Counted from the first letter of the stretch, positions 39,941 to 50,463 are shown. The stretch is DNA of 64,000 nucleotides from a virus (IMGVR_UViG_3300010151_007551:23860-87859); one strand, 5' to 3'. Numbers and translations: made by a program. Notes: a model not told the origin generated them from the letters alone.

Positions 39941-41641
39941 ATGAAACTTATTAAATTTTCTTGGAGAAATATATGTTCTTATGGAAATAAGACACAGGAG
40001 TTTACTGTTTCAGAAAACCCACAGCTAATACTAGTTGAAGGAAAAAATGGATCTGGAAAGTCCTCAATTAAAGAAGCTCTTACTGTTTCTTTATATGGGA
40101 AATCTGCGGTTAGAAAAACAAGAGATATTCCAAATAGGATTAATAGAAATGCATATACTGTAAATGAATTTATCACATCTTCAGGTGACCATGTAAAAAT
40201 AGAAAGGGGCATTGATCCTAATTTTACAAATTTAGAAATAAATGGAAGTTCGTATAATTTACCAGATAAAAGAAAAGTTGATCTTTTTTTAGAAGATGAA
40301 TTAATAAAATTACCATTTTCTGTATTTTCTAATACAATAAGCCTTTCTTTTGAAGATTTTAAATCGTTTATTAAATTAACTCCTACAGACAAAAGGAAAA
40401 TAGTAGATAAAATATTTGGAACAGATATTTTAACAGACATGTTAGTTAAAACAAAAGATGAGTCTAAAGAAAATAGTAGAGATTTAGAGTTTTTAAATAC
40501 AGATATTTTAAATAACACTGACATTTTAGAAAAATCACAAGAACAGCTTGAAATATTAAAAAACGCTGTTAATGAGAAAAAAGATATTGAGATAGATACT
40601 AAAAATAAAGATATTGTTAAAAAAGAAACAGAAAAGGATAAGTTGAATGTTGATCTAGATAAATTTTTAAAAATATTATCATCAAATAAAGAAGATTTAC
40701 AGAAATGTAAAGACACTTTATCTAAAAATAATGCAGCTTTGTTAGAAATTGACAAAAAGTTAAAAATATATGATAATAATAAGTGTCCACATTGTTTAAG
40801 TAATCTCACAGATGATAGTCATATAAAAATAAAGGATGCTATAATTTCAAAAAGGGAAATTTTTGAAAATAAGATACCGAATATAGAAAAATCTATAAAG
40901 AAATCATTTAATGATGTAAAGGATATAGATGATTCATCTAAAACTGTTAAAAATAACATTTATAATCTAGATATAGAAATATCATCTTTAAAATCAGATA
41001 TAAAGTCATTGAAAAGCAGTGGCTCTGATCAAACGTCATCGCTTCTTAAGATAATATCTGAGATTCAGAAGAAAATAGATGCATCATCAATAGAAATTGA
41101 TAAAAAAACTAAAAAACAATTAATTTTAACAGAAGTAGAGGAACTATTATCAGATAGTGGTATAAAAAGAGCTTTAATGGATAGAATAATTCCAGTTTTA
41201 AATGCTAAGATACTAAAAATAAGCAAACAACTAGAATTTAAGTTTTCTTTTGAATTTAATAATGCATTTGATGCTATTATTTCTCATATGGGAGAGGAAA
41301 TTTCATCAGATAGTCTTTCTACGGGTGAACAAAAGAAAATGAACTTAATAGTATTGTTAAGCATGTTAGAATTAATAAAAATGAAGCATCATCAAGTAAA
41401 TATGCTGTTTTTAGATGAAATATTTAGTTCTTTGGACAAAGAAAGCATATATATGACCATCGAGATATTAAAAGAGTTTTCTCAATGTCACAATTTAACT
41501 ATATTTGTAATATCACATGATCCACTCCCGGAAGAGCTTTTTGATAAGAAAATAATGATAACAAAAGATAATTTCTTTTCAGAAATGAATATTTTATCAA
41601 AAAATAAGTCTGAAAGAACCAAACTAGAACAAATAGTATAA
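39941..41641 (+). CDS. gp46/SbcC-like ATPase
   Basis: GKNGSGKS, CPHC zinc hook, LSTGE, LFLDE and ISH motifs. Confidence 0.93.
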   Translation: MKLIKFSWRNICSYGNKTQEFTVSENPQLILVEGKNGSGKSSIKEALTVSLYGKSAVRKTRDIPNRINRNAYTVNEFITSSGDHVKIERGIDPNFTNLEINGSSYNLPDKRKVDLFLEDELIKLPFSVFSNTISLSFEDFKSFIKLTPTDKRKIVDKIFGTDILTDMLVKTKDESKENSRDLEFLNTDILNNTDILEKSQEQLEILKNAVNEKKDIEIDTKNKDIVKKETEKDKLNVDLDKFLKILSSNKEDLQKCKDTLSKNNAALLEIDKKLKIYDNNKCPHCLSNLTDDSHIKIKDAIISKREIFENKIPNIEKSIKKSFNDVKDIDDSSKTVKNNIYNLDIEISSLKSDIKSLKSSGSDQTSSLLKIISEIQKKIDASSIEIDKKTKKQLILTEVEELLSDSGIKRALMDRIIPVLNAKILKISKQLEFKFSFEFNNAFDAIISHMGEEISSDSLSTGEQKKMNLIVLLSMLELIKMKHHQVNMLFLDEIFSSLDKESIYMTIEILKEFSQCHNLTIFVISHDPLPEELFDKKIMITKDNFFSEMNILSKNKSERTKLEQIV

Positions 41642-41685
41642 TAGAATATATATAATATTTTATTACTATAAAAAATACAGTGTTT

Positions 41686-42564
41686 ATGAAAATTTATTCC
41701 AATAATACTTTCGCTTCTTCATATAATCATCTTTTAAGTGACCTTATGTCAATAGAAGCAGCTAATAATTCAGCGCGTTCGCTTCCAACTAGAGAAATAA
41801 TAGATGGGTGCATAGAATTGCACGATCCTATTAATTGTATGTATTTAAACAATGCTAGGTCTTCTCAATTTAGATATATTGCAGCAGAATTCATGTGGTA
41901 TTTTTTGGGAAGAAATGATGTTGATTTTATTAAAGAGTATGCTAAATTCTGGTTACAAATTCAGAATCCAGACGGAACTGTCAATTCTTCATATGGAAAT
42001 TTAATATTTAATATAAAAAACAGTCACGGGTATACTCAATATGCATGGGCACTCAATTCTTTACTTAAAGATAAAAATACTCGTCAAGCGGTGTTACATT
42101 TTAATTCAGCGGATCATCAATATGATAGTAATAAGGATTTTGTATGTACAATGTATGCAAATTTTCTAATTAGAGATAATAAATTGAGAATGTCTGTAAA
42201 AATGAGAAGTAATGATGTAATATTAGGGTTACCAACAGATGTCGCATTTTTCACAGTACTACAACAACAAATACTTAGTCATTTGCGTAAATTAAAATAT
42301 CCAGATTTAGAATTAGGCACATATACTCACATTGTAGATTCTCTTCATGTATATGAGAGACACTATGGTTTAGTTGAAAGAATGTTAGATGAAGATTTTA
42401 TTAATGTTCAGATGCCAACATTATATTCAGATTTAATAGACTTAACTGGAACGCCTTCCATTAATTTATTAGAAATAGGCGAATCTAAAGAAAACGATGA
42501 TCTACTTATGTGGATTCATGAAAATATGAAAATTAAAAAAGATGTTAAAGCGGTTCAAAAATAA
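41686..42564 (+). CDS. Thymidylate synthase superfamily enzyme of dCMP (hydroxy)methylase type (T4 gp42-like)
   Basis: GTVNSSYG, KDFVCT, MRSNDVILGLPTDVAFF (Asp at the specificity position) and SLHVYERH. Confidence 0.75.
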   Translation: MKIYSNNTFASSYNHLLSDLMSIEAANNSARSLPTREIIDGCIELHDPINCMYLNNARSSQFRYIAAEFMWYFLGRNDVDFIKEYAKFWLQIQNPDGTVNSSYGNLIFNIKNSHGYTQYAWALNSLLKDKNTRQAVLHFNSADHQYDSNKDFVCTMYANFLIRDNKLRMSVKMRSNDVILGLPTDVAFFTVLQQQILSHLRKLKYPDLELGTYTHIVDSLHVYERHYGLVERMLDEDFINVQMPTLYSDLIDLTGTPSINLLEIGESKENDDLLMWIHENMKIKKDVKAVQK

Positions 42565-42766
42565 ATTACCAAATATAGCTAAAGGATTTGGTGCAATAAT
42601 AGGGGGTTTAATATTTTGGATAATTGCCGCAACTATTAATTACTCAATATATTATTATATGTTAAGTGACGTTATTAAATTAAGTTTAATTAATTTTATA
42701 GGAATATATGTAATAATATTACAATTTTTAATTGTTATAAAAATATTTATGAAAAATGACAAGTAA
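42542..42766 (+). CDS. Small membrane protein (two TM segments)
   Basis: Two hydrophobic stretches in 74 aa. Confidence 0.55.
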   Translation: MLKRFKNKLPNIAKGFGAIIGGLIFWIIAATINYSIYYYMLSDVIKLSLINFIGIYVIILQFLIVIKIFMKNDK

Positions 42767-43178
42767 GGATTTACAATATCATAAGACATATTTGAGAATG
42801 GCTATTGAATGGTCAAGTTTATCTAAAAGTAAGAGAAAACAAGTAGGATCATTAATAGTAAAAGATGGTATGATAATATCTGATGGATTTAATGGTGCAC
42901 CAACTGGTTTCCCAAATGACTGTGAGGACCTTGACGGATCAACATATTGGCATGTTTTACATGCAGAAGCAAATGCTATTTTAAAATGCGCAAAGCATGG
43001 TATTTCATGTAAAGATGCCACATTATATTTAACAATGTCACCGTGTAAAGAGTGTTCTAAATTAATAATACAAGCGTCTATTAAAAGAGTTGTATATTAT
43101 TTACCATATAGGGATTTGGATGGATTAAAAATGTTAAAATCAGTTGGTGTAGATGTTATTCAAATAGCCGATGTATAA
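42756..43178 (+). CDS. dCMP deaminase
   Basis: QVGSLIV, GFNG, HAEANA and SPCKEC motifs. Confidence 0.93.
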   Translation: MTSKDLQYHKTYLRMAIEWSSLSKSKRKQVGSLIVKDGMIISDGFNGAPTGFPNDCEDLDGSTYWHVLHAEANAILKCAKHGISCKDATLYLTMSPCKECSKLIIQASIKRVVYYLPYRDLDGLKMLKSVGVDVIQIADV

Positions 43179-43193
43179 AAAATTATAATAAAA

Positions 43194-43613
43194 ATGCAAG
43201 AATTAGAACAAGACGCACAGGAAACTAGAGAAGTTAACATGATTTTCATTAAAGAATTTAAATTTTTCATAAAGAAATTTAATAAAAAACAAAAGGAAGA
43301 TTATATGTTAAATGTAAATAAAATAGTTAGAGATAAGTTCAATACTAAATTCTTAGTTCCCAATAAAGTTCAAGCCTTTTTATTAAATTATGAAATTAAA
43401 AAATTATTGGATAAAGCTATCAATATAAAGAATGAAAAATATAATAGAATAATTTATTTAAATTCCGATATGACACCAACTGGTATAATGAATACTTTAA
43501 CTTTCTTAAGTAATGAATATTATCACATTGAATTTAAATATCATATAATTGATCCAAAGGAGGATTTTGATAGGTGTACTTTTGAAAATGATAATATAGC
43601 ATTTATAGACTAG
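43194..43613 (+). CDS. Hypothetical protein
   Basis: 139-aa ORF. Confidence 0.65.
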   Translation: MQELEQDAQETREVNMIFIKEFKFFIKKFNKKQKEDYMLNVNKIVRDKFNTKFLVPNKVQAFLLNYEIKKLLDKAINIKNEKYNRIIYLNSDMTPTGIMNTLTFLSNEYYHIEFKYHIIDPKEDFDRCTFENDNIAFID

Positions 43614-45076
43614 TGTGCTGAACAAGAAGAAGGACCAGCGCCCAACGCTGTTCCCGGGCTATGTCCAGTATTTGTAGCTTTCTTGATAGCAATATCAGTT
43701 CCTTGTCCATAATATCCATCGGCCTTTACTCCTAATTCTGCTTGCGCTTTTTTTACCCATTTTTTTGTATTTGGTCCATATTTACCATCTTCCTTTAATG
43801 GTGCATTTGGGATATCTTCTGTGAACTCTCCTGTTAATAACATATTTACTTGGTTTTGAGCAGTTTCAACTGCGTCGCCACAATCACCGACGCGCAAATA
43901 ACTTTTTCCTTTAGCTAGAATATCCAGGAGCCAATTATTATCTAAATTTCGTTGGCAGTAAAATCCGGCAGGTTCATTAGACTCTTCAGAGTCCACGTCT
44001 ATGTTTTTTGATCCTCCATTTTTAAACACCCAATAACCTTTACCTTGTGCAGAAATATAATAAGCATCATCACCGTAAACAGCTTTTAAATCTTCTGCTT
44101 CTTCGGGTGTACCTACCCATTTGCGCTCTTTATATTCTTCATTACAAGAAGAAGGACCAGCGCCCAATGCTATTTCTTCTGTGTTACAAGACGGACCGGC
44201 ATTTAGATGAATTTCTTCTATGTCAAATTCTTCGCTTTCACCACGATCTTCTTCTTTCTCTAAACTGTTTATCATTGCTATTCCCAAAATCCTTGCTGCT
44301 TCTTCTGCCGATATGTTTAAATAATCAGATAGATCTTGCACTGCGGCGGCTAGTTTATTTTTTGGATTAGGATCAACGTCTCTTTTAGGTGGACGAGTTG
44401 GGTTGAATGTTCTTCTTTTTGGAGTAGTCGTTTCTGTTTCTACTTCTTCTTCTGTTTCTACTGGCGCAGTTTCAGTATCTGCATCTAATACGTCATATTC
44501 TTCTTCAAACCAGTTTTCATTAACGTTAAATTCATTAAAATTAGAAATACATTTTCCTTCTGTTAAAACGTCTTTTTCTTTCTTTTTTAACTTATCTAGT
44601 ATTTTCTTTTCTCTATCTAGTTGAGATATTACATTGTCATTTAAGTCAATTGTTCCCTTCACTTCTCCGGTTATTCTACCTGTTCCAAATGGTACTTCTT
44701 TCTTTTCATTAACGAATGTATCGAAATTAGGTAAAACACTTTCACTAGTTTCATATTCTCCAACTTCCACTGTGGCAACTCCGGTTAGGTATGGATCAGC
44801 GTATTTAATAGGTTCTTTTCCGGCTTGTTTATATACTAAATCATTAGTCATCGCTTTATATGTAGAATTATAATGCTGATGTTTAAACATTGGAGATCTT
44901 TCAACCACGTTTCGATATCCCTTTAGTTTATTTTCACTATCGTTCTTTGGTATTTCTTTACCTTTTGCATCTCTAGCATATTTTAAAGAATCGTTTCCTC
45001 CGAATCCAGGTTTCTTTAAATCGATGTATGAATCAAAGTTTAAAATATCTCTTCTATGTATGTCAAATAAATCCAT
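43610..45076 (-). CDS. Probable internal virion protein with a C-terminal peptidoglycan-binding domain
   Basis: LRVGDCGDAV...DGKYGPNT...AQAELGVKADGYYGQGT resembles PG_binding_1. Repeated NFxxFxNE and GAGPSSC motifs. Confidence 0.75.
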   Translation of the reverse strand: MDLFDIHRRDILNFDSYIDLKKPGFGGNDSLKYARDAKGKEIPKNDSENKLKGYRNVVERSPMFKHQHYNSTYKAMTNDLVYKQAGKEPIKYADPYLTGVATVEVGEYETSESVLPNFDTFVNEKKEVPFGTGRITGEVKGTIDLNDNVISQLDREKKILDKLKKKEKDVLTEGKCISNFNEFNVNENWFEEEYDVLDADTETAPVETEEEVETETTTPKRRTFNPTRPPKRDVDPNPKNKLAAAVQDLSDYLNISAEEAARILGIAMINSLEKEEDRGESEEFDIEEIHLNAGPSCNTEEIALGAGPSSCNEEYKERKWVGTPEEAEDLKAVYGDDAYYISAQGKGYWVFKNGGSKNIDVDSEESNEPAGFYCQRNLDNNWLLDILAKGKSYLRVGDCGDAVETAQNQVNMLLTGEFTEDIPNAPLKEDGKYGPNTKKWVKKAQAELGVKADGYYGQGTDIAIKKATNTGHSPGTALGAGPSSCSAH

Positions 45077-45092
45077 TGTTTATATTTTTTTT

Positions 45093-45662
45093 TTATACTG
45101 TAATTGCTCCTATTCTTGTTTCTTTAAAAGCATCACATTGGAAATTAGCTGTAAGTGTATATAAATTATCTGATGCATAATCTAAATCCATTTTCGTTAA
45201 TTCACCAGTTAAATATGCTGGACTGAATCTGAATTCTCTGTAAATGTCTTGTGCTTTATTGAATATCGCTACATAAATTTGACCAATGTAGTCTCTTTTA
45301 AGACCCTGTCTTCCATTTAATGGATCAAATGTTAAATCTCCCCATGCCCTAAGTGTATTATATACATAAGCATCGTTTTCTTCATTTAAGTTAACTTCAA
45401 ACGTTACTGATAATTTAGCTGTGGTTTCAGCTGGTTTTCCAGCAGCAAAAGTACGCTTAGCGAATTTATAGAACTGATTAACTTGTCCAACACCTGTTAA
45501 TTCAGGAAGACCTGATATTTTTTTAACCTGTTCTACCAATAGGTCCACGTTATTGGTTATAGTAGAAGGAGGTGTTATAATTACTTCAAACTGATTTAAG
45601 AATAATGGTTCATAATATTCTACTGCAGCTCTTGAATTGTCATAGTGTGGTAAACCTGCCAT
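45093..45662 (-). CDS. Tail tube protein (gp19-like)
   Basis: EPLFLNQFEVII, RTFAAG, LRAWGDL...G.KRDY and LDYAS motifs; size and context fit a tube protein. Confidence 0.8.
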   Translation of the reverse strand: MAGLPHYDNSRAAVEYYEPLFLNQFEVIITPPSTITNNVDLLVEQVKKISGLPELTGVGQVNQFYKFAKRTFAAGKPAETTAKLSVTFEVNLNEENDAYVYNTLRAWGDLTFDPLNGRQGLKRDYIGQIYVAIFNKAQDIYREFRFSPAYLTGELTKMDLDYASDNLYTLTANFQCDAFKETRIGAITV

Positions 45663-45686
45663 TGTCTTTTTGTTATTTTATTTTAT

Positions 45687-45971
45687 TTATTTTTCTAAAG
45701 CGTCTCTTGTTTTTGTATAGTTTTTCCAAATTTGACCATACAGATCGCAAGATGCGCCTAAGAAGTTTATAATACCTACATACTTCCTTTTTTTCTCTCC
45801 GCTCATTTTCGCAATCTTTTTACCTAATTTCTTTCCATCCTTTTCAGGATCTAATTCTTCATCAGGTTTAAGACCTACTAGTTTTTTAAGATCTCCTTTT
45901 TTTTCTAGTATTGCGAAATCTTCAAATGTTAAAAAAGTTTTCTTCAACTTGGTATTGTTATTTTTTACCAA
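45687..45971 (-). CDS. Small basic late protein
   Basis: FLTFEDFAILE motif; lies in the tube operon. Confidence 0.55.
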   Translation of the reverse strand: MVKNNNTKLKKTFLTFEDFAILEKKGDLKKLVGLKPDEELDPEKDGKKLGKKIAKMSGEKKRKYVGIINFLGASCDLYGQIWKNYTKTRDALEK

Positions 45972-46185
45972 CTACTTTAGCGCTCTTTACTTTAGCTAAG
46001 TATGTTTTAGTATATCTTTCAAGAGAAGCAGTTCCTTTTCCTCCCAAAGTTGCTAAATCTTGGTTAGTTTTGGATTTATCTGATCCTTCTTTTTGTTGTT
46101 TAATATCGCCCTTTGCACTATATTTAGCAACCGCCGATTTGCAAGCACTCATGAATTGAGTATAGTTCATTACAGAATTTGCCAT
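45958..46185 (-). CDS. Small basic late protein
   Basis: 75 aa; GATAAATAA upstream. Confidence 0.6.
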   Translation of the reverse strand: MANSVMNYTQFMSACKSAVAKYSAKGDIKQQKEGSDKSKTNQDLATLGGKGTASLERYTKTYLAKVKSAKVVGKK

Positions 46186-46355
46186 TTGTTTAAATTTTTT
46201 TTTATTTATCTATTAAATACGTCCCTATTTTATTATATAGTTTATATTTATTTTTATTATTTATTTGGTATATTATAAGTAAATTTTAAAAAAAGCAATA
46301 TACTTGTTCTTTACCTAATTAAAACCAATCACATATATTTTGTAAAAAATTACGA

Positions 46356-48227
46356 ATGGAAACAAAAAAACAAATAGCCAAGAAATATAGGAAGCTTACT
46401 GATATTGAACACGTATTGCATCGACCGTCTATGTACATAGGTTCTGTGAAGCCTCATACTGGAAAACAATATTTATATGATGGACATGATATTACATATG
46501 AAAGTATAACATATAATCCAGGCTTTTTAAAATTGTTTGATGAAATACTATCTAATTCAATAGACGAACATAGGAGAAATTCTAAATTAAACGAAATAAG
46601 AGTAACAGTTGATCTAGATGAAAATCAAATAACAATATGGGACAATGGTGGAATTCCAGTAGAAAAGCATCCTATTCATAAAGAGTGGATTCCAGAAATG
46701 ATATTTTCTAATTTAAAAGCGGGTTCCAATTTTAATGATGAAGAAGATAGAATAGTTGCAGGTACAAATGGAGTGGGCTCAACTCTAACTAATATATTTA
46801 GTAAAAAGTTTAGTATTTCTACATGTGATAGAAAAAACAAATTTAGTCAAACGTTTACTAAAAATATGCACAAAAGAAGCAAGCCATCCATTGCATCAGC
46901 TAAACGTGGTTTTACTCAGATTACATATATTCCTGATTTAGAAAGATTTGGAATGACTAAAATAGATGAAATTAGTTTGAAATTAATTTATAAGAGGTGT
47001 ATAGATGCAGTTGCATGTAACACTAAACTTACTTTACATTTTACAGTTGTTCAAAATAAAATAAAAATTAAGGATAAAATAAAATATTCTTCATTTAAAG
47101 ATTATGTTTCTTTATACACCAATGAATTTTTCTACGAAGAATCAAAGCATTGGAAAATAGCCTTTTCTTATTCAAGCGATGGATATAAAAATGTTAGTTT
47201 TGTCAATACGGTTAATACAAAAGATGGGGGAACTCATGTAGAATATATCGCTAATCAGTTAATTAATCACCTTAGGCAAATGATTAAGAAAAAACATAAA
47301 GTTGATGCTAAGCCTAGTGAAATAAAAAATCACCTTTGTGTTTATATAGATTCTACCATCATTAATTCGTTATTTAGTTCACAGACTAAAGAAAAACTTA
47401 TAACTGAAGGTAGAGATTTTCAAACTTCACACGAAGTATCTTTAAAAATAGCTAAACGGGTTTTTTCTTCAGAAATAATAGAATCCTTATTGGATTGGAT
47501 AGAACGAAAGCAATTGGCTGCAGAAAGAGCAGAGCTTAGGAAACTTAATAAAAACTTAAGTAGTTCTAAAGTTTTAAAATTAATAGATGCTAAAAAGAAA
47601 GGAAACAGATCAGATTGTATTCTTGGCATATATGAAGGATTATCTGCACTGTCCGCTGTTAGGAAATTTAGAGATTCTCAAAAAATGGGAGCTTTCCCAT
47701 TAAAGGGTAAGTTTTTAAACGTTAAAGAACTTCCAAATTCTAAGGTTATTCAGAATGAAGAAGTAAAGAATCTTATGGCATCAATTGGATTAAAACTTGG
47801 AGAAGAACCTAATAATTTAAGATATGGTAAAATATACATATATACTGATGCAGATCCTGATGGGGATTCAATAGCTGCATTATTAATAAATTTCTTTAAT
47901 AAATATTGGCCTGAACTGTTTGAGAATGGAATTATATACAAAGTGCTTACTCCACTTGTAGTAGTTAAGAAGGGCAAAGATGCAATAAGCTTTTATAATA
48001 ATACAGAGTTTCAAAAATGGTTAAATAATAAAAAGATTAACCATAAAACTTGGAATATCGAGTATAAAAAAGGGTTGGCTGCATTGGAAGATGATGAATA
48101 TAAAGAAATAATAACTAATCCTGTAACAATTAAGTTAGTTAATGATAAATTAGCTAAGGATACTTTAGATATTTGGTTCGGTAAAGATTCTTCTCCTAGA
48201 AAGGATAAGATTTTACAAAAAGAATAA
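46356..48227 (+). CDS. Type II topoisomerase large subunit (GyrB/gp39+60-like)
   Basis: EHVLHRPSMYIGS, EILSNSID, DNGGIP, GTNGVG, EGLSA, PLKGK, DADPDG and YKKGL motifs. Confidence 0.95.
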   Translation: METKKQIAKKYRKLTDIEHVLHRPSMYIGSVKPHTGKQYLYDGHDITYESITYNPGFLKLFDEILSNSIDEHRRNSKLNEIRVTVDLDENQITIWDNGGIPVEKHPIHKEWIPEMIFSNLKAGSNFNDEEDRIVAGTNGVGSTLTNIFSKKFSISTCDRKNKFSQTFTKNMHKRSKPSIASAKRGFTQITYIPDLERFGMTKIDEISLKLIYKRCIDAVACNTKLTLHFTVVQNKIKIKDKIKYSSFKDYVSLYTNEFFYEESKHWKIAFSYSSDGYKNVSFVNTVNTKDGGTHVEYIANQLINHLRQMIKKKHKVDAKPSEIKNHLCVYIDSTIINSLFSSQTKEKLITEGRDFQTSHEVSLKIAKRVFSSEIIESLLDWIERKQLAAERAELRKLNKNLSSSKVLKLIDAKKKGNRSDCILGIYEGLSALSAVRKFRDSQKMGAFPLKGKFLNVKELPNSKVIQNEEVKNLMASIGLKLGEEPNNLRYGKIYIYTDADPDGDSIAALLINFFNKYWPELFENGIIYKVLTPLVVVKKGKDAISFYNNTEFQKWLNNKKINHKTWNIEYKKGLAALEDDEYKEIITNPVTIKLVNDKLAKDTLDIWFGKDSSPRKDKILQKE

Positions 48228-48234
48228 TAGAACG

Positions 48235-48612
48235 TTGGATTTATTAACAGCAGATTGGTTTTTTGAAACACCAATCGATTTTGAGTATAAAAAATATAAG
48301 ATGTTAGCCTATTTAAAAAAAGTAGATTCCAATTACTATATAAGAAAATTTTCACCTTGGCTTTTAAATAATGAGAAGTTTATAGTAGATATAGAAAGAA
48401 TAATGTGTAATATTAAATCATTTGAAGATTCTATATCTAAAGAAAAAATAATATTTAACGATTTTAGTTTAAAAATAGTTAATGTGAAACCTATTCCTTT
48501 TAAAGAAGTAGAAATTATAGAAGAGATGGTAGATTTTACTATTCCCCTTCTTAAAATTAGTAATGGTTTAGGATTAAAAATATGGGATGGAGGTCCTGAA
48601 ATACTCTGGTAG
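48235..48612 (+). CDS. Hypothetical protein
   Basis: WFFETPIDFEYKKYKMLAYL; TTG start. Confidence 0.6.
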   Translation: MDLLTADWFFETPIDFEYKKYKMLAYLKKVDSNYYIRKFSPWLLNNEKFIVDIERIMCNIKSFEDSISKEKIIFNDFSLKIVNVKPIPFKEVEIIEEMVDFTIPLLKISNGLGLKIWDGGPEILW

Positions 48613-48614
48613 AT

Positions 48615-48929
48615 ATGTTAAAATTAGACTGTAAAGACGAAGACGATTTTCAAAATTATTTCTTTGGAAATGATGTTGATCGTGATAAAATATATAAGAA
48701 CATTGTTTGTTCAATAGAGATGGCACATAATTCACATCAAGATGTTGCCCATTTCGCGGAAGTAACGTTTATTTATGGAGATGTGATAGTATTGGATGCA
48801 CATCGCGATCAATGGATTGATAACTTAACATGTGCTCTTAAATATTATGAATCTGATGGAATAGAAGATTTCGAGAGATGTCAGATGATAGTTAAATTAA
48901 TTGATAAAATACAAAAAGATTATGAATGA
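48615..48929 (+). CDS. Hypothetical protein with a C-terminal UVR-like motif
   Basis: ALKYYE...EDFERCQMIVKLI resembles the ExYExAxxxRD coiled-coil hairpin. Confidence 0.55.
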   Translation: MLKLDCKDEDDFQNYFFGNDVDRDKIYKNIVCSIEMAHNSHQDVAHFAEVTFIYGDVIVLDAHRDQWIDNLTCALKYYESDGIEDFERCQMIVKLIDKIQKDYE

Positions 48930-49101
48930 GAAAAAAGAAGTAGAATTCGAAGAAATAATAGAATTGTTGACATGGGCATATAAACAGGGATACCTACATG
49001 CATCCCATGTTTTAAAGGAAACAGTTCCCAATGATAGTGCTCTTTCTAAAATGTTTGTTGACGCATTGAAAAATCGAAAACAAGAAGTAACAGAAAAATA
49101 G
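48922..49101 (+). CDS. Small hypothetical protein
   Basis: MNEKKEVEF...WAYKQGY. Confidence 0.5.
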   Translation: MNEKKEVEFEEIIELLTWAYKQGYLHASHVLKETVPNDSALSKMFVDALKNRKQEVTEK

Positions 49102-49106
49102 ATTTT

Positions 49107-50459
49107 ATGGAAAAGACAGTAACCGATTATTTAGATACTGATTATGGAAATTACGCAAAGTATGTAATAGAAAATAGAGCAATTCCATCTGTAATAGATG
49201 GTTTTAAACCTACACAGCGTAAGATAATTCATATTGCATCTAAGGTTTGGAAAAATAAAGGTTCAGATAAGCCATTAAAGATATTTCAATTAGCAGGTAA
49301 AGTTGCTTCTGATGCAAACTATCATCATGGGGATGCTTCTTTGAGTTCAGCTATTGTTAGCATGGCACAATCTTTTAAAAATTCAATGCCGCTCCTCGAT
49401 GAAATAGGACAATTTGGTTCATTGAGATCTCCAGATGCTGGTGCACCTAGATATATTTCTACTAGAATAAATGATAATTTTAAATTACTATACAAAGACT
49501 TTGAATTATTACAGAAAAGATATGAAGAAGGAATAGAAATAGAACCTAATTATTTTTTACCCATTATTCCAACAGTTCTTTTAAACGGTGGCTCTGGTAT
49601 AGCTGTTGGTTTTGCATCGAATATATTAAATAGGAATCCATTAGATTTAGTTAATGCATGCGTAAAGGAACTAGAAAATAAAAGATACAGTGAACCTAAA
49701 CCATGGTATAGAGGATTCACAGGACACTGCGAGAGGGACTCAAATAATAAGGACACTTGGATATTCAGTGGATCCTTTATAGTTAACAACACGTCAACTG
49801 TGACAATTGGTGAGCTTCCGCCTTCTTTGACGTATGAAAAATATGAAAAATATTTAGTTGGAATTGAAGATTCTAAGAAAATAACCACATTTGATGATAA
49901 TTCAAGCTCAAATATAAATTATGTAATTAAATTTAAGAGAGCAGATTTATCAAAATTAATAGATACAGGTCGTCTTATTAAGTTTTTAAAATTAGAGGAA
50001 AGGCAATCTGAGAATTTAACAATGTTGGATGAAAATGGTAAACTTAAAATATTCGATAATGTCAAAGACGTAATATCATACTTTGTTAATTTTAGATTGG
50101 CATTTTATGATAAAAGAAAAGGCTATCTTATAAACAAACTAGAACTTGAGCTTATAACCCTTTCTAATAAAGCAAAGTTTATAAAGCATATAATAGATGG
50201 TAAGTTAAAAATAAATAATATAGCTAAGCGTATTATAATAGATTATTTGGAAAAACATACTTTTGAAAAAGTAGAAAGTTCATATAATTATTTGTTATCT
50301 ATGCCAATACATTCTTTAACTAAAGAAAAATATGAAGAAATATTATCATTAGAAAAAGAAAAAAATAATGAATTGGTTATGGTTAATAAACTTAAACCCA
50401 TTAATATGTATATGAGCGATTTAAATGATTTAAAAAAGATGATTAAAAAAATAAATTAA
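49107..50459 (+). CDS. Type II topoisomerase medium subunit (GyrA/gp52-like)
   Basis: RAIPSVIDGFKPTQRK, YHHGDAS, GQFG, APRYI (catalytic Tyr) and GIAVGFA motifs. Confidence 0.95.
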   Translation: MEKTVTDYLDTDYGNYAKYVIENRAIPSVIDGFKPTQRKIIHIASKVWKNKGSDKPLKIFQLAGKVASDANYHHGDASLSSAIVSMAQSFKNSMPLLDEIGQFGSLRSPDAGAPRYISTRINDNFKLLYKDFELLQKRYEEGIEIEPNYFLPIIPTVLLNGGSGIAVGFASNILNRNPLDLVNACVKELENKRYSEPKPWYRGFTGHCERDSNNKDTWIFSGSFIVNNTSTVTIGELPPSLTYEKYEKYLVGIEDSKKITTFDDNSSSNINYVIKFKRADLSKLIDTGRLIKFLKLEERQSENLTMLDENGKLKIFDNVKDVISYFVNFRLAFYDKRKGYLINKLELELITLSNKAKFIKHIIDGKLKINNIAKRIIIDYLEKHTFEKVESSYNYLLSMPIHSLTKEKYEEILSLEKEKNNELVMVNKLKPINMYMSDLNDLKKMIKKIN

Positions 50460-50463
50460 TATA

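Noticed and set aside
41686-42564. Canonical thyA
   Set aside because: Asp rather than Asn at the specificity position and gp42-like motifs, so the symbol was withheld.
15746-50459. Inteins or introns in RNR, helicase, UvsX or topoisomerase genes
   Set aside because: Lengths are ordinary, and no intein splice-junction or LAGLIDADG blocks were seen.
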